Assembly: GCF_000143415.4 (NCBI RefSeq) | Contig: NW_003314265.1 | Span: 3,129,987-3,193,986, forward strand | Source of the DNA: Selaginella moellendorffii | Lineage: Eukaryota; Plantae; Lycopodiophyta | DNA: 64,000 bases | Direction: 5' to 3' | Part shown: positions 12,405 through 23,800 of the stretch, piece by piece | Layout of the letters: every line of letters starts with the position of its first letter | Numbering within the stretch: the first letter of the stretch is position 1 | Notes under the pieces: model-generated | The model's database searches: none | Told to the model about the DNA's origin: nothing | Seen by the model: the letters and a program-made list of their open reading frames with translations, nothing else | Program-made: the position numbers and the translations under genes

Positions 12405-13760
12405 GATGATGTTCTTCTTTCTCTTCTTTGCGTTTGTTATCGCGGCTGCCCTGTTCTTGGTCCACAAGAAGCGCAAAGCAGACATCCCTCGCTGCTGCCC
12501 AGGAGATCTCTTCCTTCGCTATTAACATCGATGGTCTCGTCGAGGTGAGTTTTATGAGTCTTTACTCTTGATTCTCCGTTTCTCCCTTTCCTTTTTTTCT
12601 CTCGTTAACCGCAGGGGCAGTGTCGCAGCCTCGTACAGCCGGATGATAAAAAGGTGGTGGAGCTACAGGAGCTCCGGAAGCCCGAGCTGGGGCAATCCTT
12701 GAGCAGTAAGTCGATTCATTCATGTCGGATTGAAAGTTTGAGGGCTAACATTTTCCAGAGTCGAAGATCCAGTCCGTGGAGGAAGTACAGGGAGATACCG
12801 AGGCACCGGTTGTGGCAGCGGATCATTGCTACGATCGTCGACCTCTTGGTCGCCATGAGCCGGCGGATCTGAATCTTCTTCTCCGCGAGAATCTCCGCGA
12901 GAAAGAGATCATGGCGATGGAGGTGGTCAAGTGGCATCCACCTGACTCGGACAGCTCTTCACCTCGCGATACTCGCTGCGATCACGCATTTGATGACTAT
13001 ATAGTCATCGAGATACCGGAGCTCACGAGCAGCGATCTTCCTCTCGATGAAAACGAGCTCGAGACCATGACAGCAGTGGAGCATCGATCTGGCTTGAGTC
13101 TCGCAATGGAGAAGCAGCAGCAGCAGCAGCTTCGGCCGGAAGGAGGCGTCCATGGCGCATTCACCGAGGGTGGCGAGGCGGAGCTCACCTTGGTTTGCAC
13201 ACGCATACTACCGGGAGACGATACTCTGGAGCTGGAGTTTTCAGCAAAGTCTCCAACGCTCTCCCAGGCGAATCAAAGCCTTCCTCAGGTGCTACGACTC
13301 TTTCTTTCCAGATTGTGGAGTTTTGAACTTGTTTTTGCAGGGAGCTACTTTAATGGTGTGGGACGAGCAAGGTCCAGCTTGTCTCGACGGTGGAGCCTCT
13401 CTTCCAATACCATGGGTAAGTTCATTGATCATTTCAACAAGAGTTCCAAACGTTAAACTTCTTTGTTTTCTTTGTTTGGCAGCCACTTTTGTCCAAAGAA
13501 GTGGATTCTCCGGCTACATCTCTACTGCCTGGGGACTTTGCGCAGCACGATCAGAGTGTTGGTAATGCGCCTCTGGAAGTTCGAGGTTTTAGTGGCGATG
13601 CATCTCTTCGCTGCTATCTTCAACAGTGGTGGTAAGTTAATCACGTAGCGTAGTCGGATTTAAGAAACTTAATTCGTCGTGTGTGCAGGGTCAGGAGTTC
13701 TCTGTACATGCAGGGTGTCACTGGCAACAGCGCATATTCGCATGAGAAAGAAATATAGAT
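12405..13760 (+). CDS. uncharacterised multi-exon gene, possibly frameshifted near its N-terminus
   Basis: GT-AG introns at ~12546-12614, 12707-12758, 13289-13340 and 13416-13481 link open exons, including the 12759-13288 exon. No recognisable domain. Confidence 0.4.
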
Positions 13761-15128
13761 CCACAGGTAAAAGTTTTGGAAACAAGTTAGTATGTCTAAC
13801 TTCCAGTGTTACTAGGCCTCCTTTCGTTCTACCCAAGCTTTAGGACACAAGCAAGTTACGGTCTTCCCAGAGAAGCAATGTTACGTTGCAGCATCCTCAG
13901 GCTGGCGCGCGAGAATTCTCTTCACTGCTCGCTTCCCATGCTCCGAGTCTCCATGGATAGCGCACGCGTCTAGGAAGCTCGTCCAGAGAACGACGAGAGG
14001 GTCATCACCACTGCCACCGCTACTTCGGGATGATGAAAGCTCCTGCCTCCTGTTTCTAAGTTTGACGGCCACCATCTCCTCGGCCTCCTCCAGAAATCCA
14101 GCCCGGCTCGTGCTCAAGGAGCTCAACACGTAGCAGGCGCATGACTCAGAGTGGAGAGAAAAAGTCACCGAGTCCGGATCAATGCCCCACAGCTGCATGC
14201 ACTCGAGCACTCGACCGAGTTCGCTAGATCTTTCAGTCAACGCCGTCGCCAGTCCGTTCCAAGCCAGCAAGCTTTTTTCTTGCGGCACTAGCGTCAGGAA
14301 CGTTTCCACTGCGGCGCTTTCCACACTTTTCAAACAGGTTGATGCCGGCTGCTGCGACTTCTGCTCCAAATCCTGCCCTCGGAGAAAACATGTTGGCCAA
14401 GCTCGAGCTCCGAGTTGGCGGTGCATGCATTCAGGACCGCAACGAATGTGAGGCTGTCGGGAGCAACTTTGGAGTCTTTCATCCGCTGGAACAAGTCGAA
14501 AACTCTCTGGAACTCGCCATAGTGCGACAGGGCCGAGATCATCGTAGTCCAAGACACCACATCGGGCTGCTGTATCGTGCCAAAAGTCATCACCGCGTCC
14601 TCGAGGCTTCCACATTCCGAGTACATGTGAACGAAGGCTGTCGCGACGAGAAGAGCCAGGCTGCTGCTATTCTCCCTGGCAAGTTGATGGAGGAGCCTTC
14701 CATGGCTTAGATCCTCTCGGCTCTGCTTGCAAACGCCGAGGATAGTGACGAAGGTATACTTGTCAGGTCTGGAGTCGCCAGCAGCATATCTCGGAACAGG
14801 CACCGGCATTCTCTGCTTTCTCCGACTTGACCACAGGCCGACAGGATGGACAACGTTGCGAGTCCACATCCTAGAGAAGACCTCACAGGCCTTTCCCAGC
14901 TTGGCATGGACGCTCAGAGCGGCATTTCCAACCACGAGCTCTCTCGATCATGTCCAAGTTCGACGCAGCGCCGGTATACCCGCATCCCGCTCTTGAGTTC
15001 ATCAGTTCAAGTTCCACTTTCGAGCAAGCAGGCAGCACGGCAGGCATTGTCACCTTGTTTGGAGCTTCATCCTGGAGCTGCATGAGTTGGAAGTACTGCA
15101 GCGCTTCTCCAAAGAAACCCGTGCTGCC

Positions 15129-15170
15129 TGTAGGCGGAGACCATGGCAGTGTAGGCGGAGACCATGGCAG
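15129..15170. repeat. 21-bp perfect tandem duplication within the PPR pseudogene
   Basis: TGTAGGCGGAGACCATGGCAG occurs twice in tandem. Confidence 0.9.
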
Positions 15171-15207
15171 TCCAGCAAACAACGTTGTGTTCCCCAAGGC
15201 TGAGTGT

Positions 15208-15475
15208 GGACCTCCTACACCGGTGCCAGGTGCTCTACCACTGAGCTACCTGCCCTGGTTGTGTGTATGTTCAGCTTAATTCTAACACTCCCCCCTAAGT
15301 TGAATACGCCACACATCCTTGCCAGTTCATGCTTACCACACACCATCCAACCATAGCTCCAATACCATGTTGGAAAATGGATTTGGACAGGCCAAGGATT
15401 GAACCCAGGACCTCCTACACCGGTGCCACTGAGCTACCTGCCCTGGTTATGTGCATGTTCAGCTTAGTTCTAACA
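15208..15475 (-). mobile_element. TRIM (non-autonomous LTR element) with tRNA-derived LTRs, Helenus-like
   Basis: 5' LTR 15368-15475 (TGTTGGAA...TTCTAACA) and truncated 3' LTR 15208-15287. On the minus strand: PBS TGGTATTGGAGC at 15356-15367 and PPT AGGGGGGAG at 15288-15296. The LTRs contain A-box/B-box tRNA-like sequence. Confidence 0.85.
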
Positions 15476-16625
15476 CGTGCCTCCTCCAGCCTTCCGCACT
15501 TGCTGTAAGTGTTGAGCAGCGCAGTGTCTACAAACGTATATCGAGCGTAATTGCGCTGGATTATATGGCCGTGGAGTTCCTCCACAACCGGTCGAGCTTC
15601 TAAATTGGCTGCTACGTCGAGAAGAGCAAAGAAGGTACTCTGTCAGACATCACACCTTGGGGCATACAGCTGTAGAGAACAAGAGCTTTTGTCGACGGCT
15701 AAGTGCTGCTAACCTCGAGTTCCAAGTCGCCGGACTTTGCTGGAAGGCGCTGCTGCTAAATACTGTGGCTGAGGCTTCTAGGTTTCCACACTTGCCATAC
15801 ATTACCATGATGGCAGCGGCTAGCTCTTCCTCGTCGCCAAGCTCTACAACACAAACATGGATCAGTTTGCTTTGGAGAAAGAACTTTGGATTTGAACAAA
15901 CCTTGAGCATTGCTAGCAACGTAATCTTGTCCGTTAGAAAACCTTGGAGCTGCATTTGTTGGAACAAGTTGATAGCTTGCAAAATAGGCTCCGATGATAG
16001 TGTTCCAGGAAACTAGATCCCTGCTGCAAACACTCGGACTGCCTCTTCCAAGCTCCCAGACCTCGAGTACATGCTCATGACAGCGTTCATGAGGCTGGTG
16101 AGGCCTCCAAGTCCCAGTTCTCGAGCGTGATCCTGCCAAAGCCGAGGAAAGAAGACCGATCCAAGGTGTCGACAACCGTTAGCAGAGTCACTCTATCCGG
16201 CTTGATTCCCTCCAACTGCATTGTCGTTGCACTGTGTCCTTGAGGATGTTGGTCTCTTCGCATTTCTTTCAAAAGAAAAAACAAAACTCCAGCGAGTGAT
16301 CATCCAAGTGTTCTAACGCATCCTGCGGGTTGAACATATCCAGCTTTCCATGGAGGGGTAACCAGCACAGCTCAAGTAGATTGCAATCGAAGTAGTTCTT
16401 GGGGCAATTGCTAACCTGTATGGAGATGACGGATGTGCCACAAAAATGAGGTAGATATGTTGAGTACCTCTTGTAATGGGATCCTGGATATCTTTATTTC
16501 TAGAGGACTCTTCATGATCGCTTTCTGGCTTCACCTGGCTATCTTCAAATTTTTCAATCCTCCTCTGAAATGTTGGTTGTCTTCTTTTTATTGTCATCGT
16601 TTCTGATCAATTGTTGCCTTTGTAG

Positions 16626-17270
16626 ATTGATAGATGGGGCATTGGACTTGACAGCAGTGGTGAAAAAACATAATTGGTGGCAGCAAATCTCTTGCATGTG
16701 GTTTGATCATTCATCTGGAGAGGGAGTTTGGCTTTGGTAAGTTGATATCTAGGGGTAGCCTCCTATCCACATTGTTCATCCAGAACCGTTTTATCTTTGG
16801 GAGTGTCGGGAGCTCTCTTTGGTCTAAAAGCTCATACATCTATTCCAACAAGGCACCTTTTGCTTTAAAGTAAATTTCGTGGTGTGTCAAGCATAAAGCT
16901 TCTATTTTTTTCTTTGTTTTCTTTTTGCAAATTGCAGTGTTGATCATCATCAACATCAACTTGGGGCACCTTGCCTCACATCAACAGCTTCGCTCACATT
17001 GGAGGATTTGTCTCCTGGTTTTTGCTCAGTTTTGTGTAATTCCATTTGGATGGGTTGGCATCAAAGCCACGTTGGGATCCTAGGCGACCAGTCCTCCTGT
17101 CAAGTCGAAACAAAAGATCGTGCTTCTCATTGCTGCCATGCTTCTTTTATCATATCTTGCTCCTTTGAGTGATCCGCTGTGCTTGTGAATAACCCTCTCC
17201 AGGTACGACCTCCATTGCTCTTGTACAATGGAGTTGGCGTGAACAAGAAATGTAGCTGGTGTCACTGTAA
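16626..17270 (+). pseudogene. rhomboid-like intramembrane protease (RBL1-type) pseudogene fragments
   Basis: GALDLTAVVKKHNWWQQISCMW, EREFGF, SGALFGL, LPHINSFAHIGGF and GVNKKCSWCH, with stops, deletions and frameshifts. Confidence 0.75.
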
Positions 17271-18303
17271 CATTTGAATGTGAAGTATGTTTACCTTTCT
17301 CTTGTTTTGTTTCTATTTTCTATTTTCTCCACATTTCTCAGAAACCGTCATTGTCCTCATCGTTTCTCTTGCATCATTCCTTTTATCTCACAAATTCTTT
17401 TGTTTTGAATGGATCGATGTAGCAGAAGGCTACTTATGAGAGTAGTCTGCAAATATAGAAACTAATATCTGTAAAAATTCGTTTGAGAGAAAGTTTAAGT
17501 CGCATCTGTAAACAGTAAAAACCTTGAACGTCAGGTTGTACCATCTCCATGGGACAGGCTTAATTGATTGAAAATTATTGTGGCTGTAGCATGATTCTTC
17601 CAACAAGGTGAACTCTTTCCAACGTGTTTGATTGAGCCATGGATGACAGCTGTCATAAGTAGAGCTAATTTACTTCACATTTTGCATTTCTACCTCAAGG
17701 AGTGTTTTGTCTCACGGACTACCTTCTGGTGCCATCCAAGCTCCATCTACCCCAGCAATGCCCCGTGCACGAGTTCCAGTTTATCATGACCAGAGAGGAG
17801 CTGCTCAAGATGTTTAGAGACATATTTCAGATCAAGAATGGAGATCACAACAGACTTTTCAAAAATTGGAAGAAACATGCCACTATATATAGGATGGAAG
17901 ATATTTTGAACGAGAAAATTCTGCCTGTCGCGTGCCCCCTGTGGGAACTAGTGCAAATTTGGCATTTGCAAGCATGAGAAGAACAAGAACATTGCAATGG
18001 GCCATCTATGGTGATAGTAGGCTTGATATCATTGCCCATGCTTACCTTTTTCTTTAATGTAAAAGCATTTTGCATTTAATTTAAAGTGAAGAATATGTGG
18101 GAGTTACTACTTATAAAGTTAAGTTTATACCGGTCATTTATTTATGTATAATAATTTAAAGACATAAGTAGTGTCATTAAAAAATATTCCGTTAATTAAT
18201 ATTAACTAATTATATTTAAAAGTAAATTAAAATAACAAGAAAGAAAAACATAGGAAAAAAGTGCACGCAAATAATTCTAGGTTACGAGCTCGCCAGGGTT
18301 GCG

Positions 18304-19530
18304 ATGGCAAAGCGGAAATCGTCCTTTGAGGTAACTGCGAGCTCCATGACACGGACCGATTTCGAAATCTCGAACCCCTTTGTGAATGTGTGTGCCGGTA
18401 CTGTGGACAAGTTCGAGACAGAGGCGCCGTGCGAGGAAGACGCGAGCGGTAAGGTGACGCGCGTCAACGGGGTAGACAAGCAGCTTCTCGACTACTTTCT
18501 TCTGGAGCATCTCCTTCCCGCTATGCAGAAGGCGGCTAGATGCTACCGATCCAGTGAGAGGAAGTTAGCTGCGTCCTTCTTCCCCCTCTTCACTCACCTT
18601 GCCCCACTAGCGGGAGATGCAGGGCTTCTCAAGCAGCGCGAGGGGGATCATGTCCCGAGTGACGAAGCTATGAGCGGCTTGGCAGCTCTAGATGCCTCGG
18701 CTCTACAAAATGCTTCTGGATCGTCTCGGATCACAGCTGATAGCTCTGACGGGAACAGTCGACGTTACATTGACTTTGTTCATGAGGATGGTGACGATTT
18801 GGGGCCCTGGCAGGCGGTCGACTTTCGTGGCTATGGCCATGGGTTTCCTGAGACTGGCGGGTACCGGGATATCGGCAAGACGTTCACGCTGCTTATCACG
18901 GATTTCAAGCAAAAGAACTTCGTGTGGGATCCAGAGACGGCGGAACAGTCGGCATTTTACCAGCTAGCGGAGTATGCTTCTCGCGCAGCTATCGCCAACC
19001 TCAACATTCACAGGTACAAGCCTGTGCATATGCTTATCCTCGCAGATGGTGATTGGGCTTGCGCGGTGCTGCATCCCAAAGCCTCCGTCCAAGTCGAGAA
19101 GGGTGCCATCGACCCTGAAAGCTTTGACATGTATCTCGAGGGCATCAAGGAGAAGTGGTGCCAAGAGAACCCGGGCGGTGTATACCAAGCTCCAAGTGAG
19201 GCCCAGAAGCAAGAATGGCTGGCTGAGCAGAATGACAGGCTCGCTTATACCGAGCAGAAGATGAAGAAGCTGCGGATGGCTGGAAGCATTCCTGACAGCA
19301 AGTCGCTTCTGGTTGGCACCATCGTGTACAATGCTTTGTCCCTGACCTGGACCAAGTTCCCGATCGCTACCTTGGGGACCACATTTGTGCCCATGGATTA
19401 CGTTCTCGTCTCGGGGTTGATGAGAGTCTTGTTTGGAGACAGGGTGTGTTCTTGGACAAAAGAGACTTTGCAAGCTCTTGCAGAGGCTCGAGACAAGGAA
19501 CTGCATGCCCTGCGTGTTAAGGTTTTGTGA
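18304..19530 (+). CDS. intronless 408-aa orphan protein, possible PD-(D/E)xK restriction-endonuclease-like domain
   Basis: Open GC-rich ORF with ATG and TGA, flanked by very AT-rich DNA. Motif series RRYIDF...LLITDFK...QLAEY. Confidence 0.7.
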   Translation: MAKRKSSFEVTASSMTRTDFEISNPFVNVCAGTVDKFETEAPCEEDASGKVTRVNGVDKQLLDYFLLEHLLPAMQKAARCYRSSERKLAASFFPLFTHLAPLAGDAGLLKQREGDHVPSDEAMSGLAALDASALQNASGSSRITADSSDGNSRRYIDFVHEDGDDLGPWQAVDFRGYGHGFPETGGYRDIGKTFTLLITDFKQKNFVWDPETAEQSAFYQLAEYASRAAIANLNIHRYKPVHMLILADGDWACAVLHPKASVQVEKGAIDPESFDMYLEGIKEKWCQENPGGVYQAPSEAQKQEWLAEQNDRLAYTEQKMKKLRMAGSIPDSKSLLVGTIVYNALSLTWTKFPIATLGTTFVPMDYVLVSGLMRVLFGDRVCSWTKETLQALAEARDKELHALRVKVL

Positions 19531-19739
19531 GAAGGATGGCTCTCAAGAAATTTGAATCTTAATTATATATGTAGGGAATATATTTAAAATATTTCGGTAT
19601 ATTATAGGATATTTCTTAATTTAACAGCTAAACTAATTTAGTGTTTAATATTAATTATCTTGGTGGTTCTAATTATGCTAACATGACTAATCTTAACATC
19701 ATACACACACTTTCTTTATATAATGTCCAAGTGTACAAT

Positions 19740-19972
19740 TATATGCAATATATTATTAGTGTAATGAGATTTTGGTAGCCATTAGAGTTTTTATTTGGAT
19801 CACTCACTCTTATATATAAGTTAAGATTTCTTAGGCTAATCAAATATACACATTTTACATTCCACTTCCATATTTCATTTACATTAGTGGATGTGAGGGG
19901 CACCTTTGATTGTCCATGAGGAGTATTTCATGCTTTTGGTTTAGATTTAACTTCTATGTTGTTTATATTTCT

Positions 19973-20024
<52 letters not shown>

Positions 20025-20885
20025 TTTCAATTTCTTTTCTTTTGCTCTTTTTTCTTTTTGTTCATCTTCATAGTAGAGTAATAGCTTTTTCCTTTGACTT
20101 TAAAGGAGCAGTTGGTGCAATTGCTTAATACTATGTAATTACAATTGAATAATCAAACTTAGTTGATAGTAATATTCATAATGTGTGATGTAGCTTTTTT
20201 TATTCTTATTGCAAATTATTGCATCTGACTAGAGGCTGGAGTTGATATATACAATAAATTTGAACACTTTATAGTGATTGCTACTTAAGAATGCAATCCA
20301 ATGCTAATAATTTTGTGTAGTTATGCATCAAGGTTTCAAGAGTGACAATGCTTGGGCTGTTTGCTCAAGCTCTTAGTAGTAGATGGCATTAGGGCACATT
20401 GAACAATCCCTTAAAAGATTTATATCTTGAAAATATAAATTATCTCTCTCACTATTTTATTTTTGGTTCACTTATATTTTTATTTCACTTTTCTGCCAAG
20501 CCTAAATAAATAAAAACATCATATACATACTTTCAATTTGATTAGCAATGTAAAATTTAAATTTTGATATATAAGTTTACATTGGTGATGTTATGCAAAT
20601 GCTATTCTTACAATGATGCTTAATGTTTGCGCAAATTTCCCATATGTTTCCAAGGGATTAGTCATTTCATATGTACAATTTCTAGAAAATTAACTTGCTA
20701 AATGTTATGTCAAATCTTGTAAACTTCTATACCTCAACTTATTACAACATTACAATGGTACAATGGTTTGAACACAACTACTCGTGTGAATTAAAGCCTT
20801 CTTTCAGATATCTTTAAGTATGCATTTGGGCATGTTAATTGTGATGATGCTTTTTAGCAATTGTATTGTCTTTGTTATTGTTTAT
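19740..20885 (+). mobile_element. decayed, internally deleted gypsy-like LTR retrotransposon remnant (LTR end, tRNA-Ala-like PBS, gag start)
   Basis: ~19740-20260 is an inverted homolog of ~57350-57870. PBS-like TAGTGGATGTGAGGGG at ~19885. Confidence 0.5.
19976..20021. repeat. (TA)n microsatellite
   Basis: About 23 uninterrupted TA units. Confidence 0.97.
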
Positions 20886-20889
20886 TTCC

Positions 20890-23800
20890 TATAGTGCACA
20901 TGGTTTTCACCCTTTACCCTAGGATGGTTTACCATAGGATAATTATGGAACAAAACTTTAACCCTCTTTTTGGCTATATACCACATGCCAAGGGCAGTGG
21001 AGTAGAACCCAAGTTTCAAGGCATTAAGCCATTGAACAAAAGGACAAAACCAAACTCCCAAATATAGAGCCAAGGAATGAAAGAAGTAGAACATAAAATG
21101 ACTCCCAAATATATAGCTCAAGGAGCTAAAAGATAGGAGCATGAAGTGACTTGGAATAGTCCTAAAACTTCTAACATCTTAATGTTATGACTAATATACA
21201 AAATGGAGCCAAACAGAGTTTGGTGCTATTTTAATATATAGGTGGTTAAATGTGAAGATATGGGTACTTCATTAGCTAACATGGCATGGAATTTAGATTT
21301 AGACCCAAGCTAAACACAAAACAAAGACAGGCATGCAAGTAGAAACTAAACTATACTTTAAATTGGTTAGCAATGCCCAATCCCTACTATACATTTAAAA
21401 CCCCCCATAATCCCTTCATGTTTCTAAGAACACGCTTTGGGCTTTCACCTCAGTCCCAAGAGTTAGTCTCTGAGACAATCATGAAAATTTATTAAATATA
21501 GAATGGTGTTAATTTGGAAGTAGAAATAACACTGTTGTGTTCAAAATAATTTTTACATTTTGTAGATATGCCCAATTAGTAGATCTAGACACTTTTCATA
21601 AATACCCAATAAGACCAAACGAAACCAACATGTGAGATATGATAGCAAGGGTGTTTGACAGACATGGTAAATTATCATCTAGTGAATATTAAAGGACCAA
21701 ACTAAATATTATAGGGGTTCCCAACATTAGCAAGTGCAATCTAACAAATGAATTTCTCTAACTAAGTCAAGTATGTTTAATTAATAACACTTAGGAATTA
21801 TGTCCTTATGCTCATTTGGCTAAGTACACATGCAAAGACCAGTTTATCAACTAGCTTGGATGGAAACTAATAAAAGCATCTAGCAATACCGACCTCTTAC
21901 CGTTGTGGCAGTAAGGAAAGAATATCTAAAAGGATATGCTGACAAGTAAGTTTCTATTGTGAATGACTGCAGGTATCGTAAGTTACTTGTCTGCTAATCC
22001 TTTCAGATACTCTTTCTTTATTACTACGGAATGTAAAAATTGTCCTGAACATAATAGTGTTAGTCTCATGTTCAAATTCACAATTTAGCACCATTTTATA
22101 TTTAATAAGTTTCAAATTAATCCAAGAAACTAACTCCTAGTGGTATTAAGGATGGCTAAAAGTGAAAGCCCAAAGTGTGTGTTCGTTAGGGGGGGGGTTT
22201 TAAATGTATAGTAGGGAGAGTGGGTAGGTTAGGCATGGCCGACTAACCTGAGTCATAGTTTAGCTCTTGCTTGTATGCTTGTCATATTTGCTATATGATA
22301 GTTTACTATGTTTGTTAAACACCCTCGTTATCATGCCTTTTGTGTTAGTACCATTTGGTCTCAATTGCTATTTTTAGAAAATGTCTAAATTTGTTAATTT
22401 GGCATATCTACATAATGTAGAGATTGTTTTGAACACAATGGTGTTGGTCTTATGTCTAAATTCGCAATTCAAGCATCATTCCATATCTAGTAATTGTGAC
22501 ATTTGTCCTAAAGACTAACTTTTGGTATAAAGGATGACTAAGCGTGGAAGCCCAAAGCATGAATTCCTGGGGGGGGGGGGGATTAAGGGGTTCCAAATGC
22601 ATAGTAGAGATAGTGGGTAAGGTAGGCATAGTTAAGCTTTTTATAGTTAATCACTATAGAATCAAGGGTGAAAGCCATTAACACTACATTTGGTATCAAA
22701 GGATGAGTCTCAACAAGTACTATCCAATGAGATTAAACAACTAGTCTCGTTACATATGCAAAAATGAAGATAATGATTCAAGTGGGTATACATTTGGGTG
22801 CTGAGACTTTGCATTCTTTCTTTGGGTTCGAAATTTGGTTACCTTTTTGTACCATATTATATAAGCTTGCACTTGGGCTCATAAAATAGACTGAAATGTT
22901 TCATTTGCATGAGTTTGTGCTTGGGCTCATGTGTGAAGCATATTAGGTTACATTTTGAATTGACAGAATTAATATTAGTTTATCGATGGTTACCATGAGT
23001 GGTTCTATGTACCGTGAATAAAAGTAAACCTTCCTTGGGTTTGCTATGAGTGGCGAATAAGCTGGTATATAGTTGTTTAGCATGGCACTTGTGAATTCTT
23101 CCTAGGCATGATTATAGGTGGATTAATCAAGATTGTACGGATTAATCTATTGGTTTAAGTAGTCATTATTGCGCTCTTTTATAAATTTTTCTTAGATTTG
23201 ATTGAAGGCAATGTGAATAGAAATTTAAGGTTTAGTTAAGTTGAGACCAAAAAGAGAATTATCAAGGACGAAGGATCAAACATTTAAATCATCTTTTTTT
23301 CCTTAAAAAAATGATTTGTAATAAAGTGTTAACTCATTGCTTGTATTTATATTATGCAATCAAGAGTTCCTATCTTGATGCATGTTGGTTATAATAATCT
23401 TACAAATGGTGAGTTATAGGATGGATAACAGTGAAGCATTAAACCATTTTTTCTAGGCTTGCTATTAAAAACTTGGGTTACAATGCTTAATTCTTTTCCA
23501 GGAAACTTTACTATTGTTTCTTAAGTAATTTGGTGTAAAATTAGTTTTGAGTTTGGTCAGAAAGAGTGTGGCATAAGTTTGTCTATGTTGTGAACAAAAT
23601 TGGTGGTGTTCAATATTGTAAATATTTATTAGTGAGGTGTGGCATTTATATTGTTTTTTGTTGAATAGAGTTAACATTTGACACATATAAACTTTTAAAG
23701 TAATAATATAGACTAATTCATGGTGTTACTTGATTGATAATCCACTCATTGTGATTTCCATATCATATCTATATGATCAGGAGCAATGTGCTTACAAAGT

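Larger units (their letters stand above)
13881..16290 (-). pseudogene. PLS-type PPR pseudogene with frameshifts, stops and a TRIM insertion
   Basis: Fragments VMYGKCGNLEAS, TALLNTYSKCGRLEEAR, NVVCWTAMVSAY, MYSECGSLEDA, DVVSWTTMISA and LWTSFLDACAIHGD lie in several frames. Confidence 0.85.

Noticed and set aside
15208-15443. tRNA-like sequence as a functional tRNA-Arg(CCG)
   Set aside because: Neither LTR copy is complete, the anticodon stem is mismatched, the loop lacks U33, and it lies inside LTRs.
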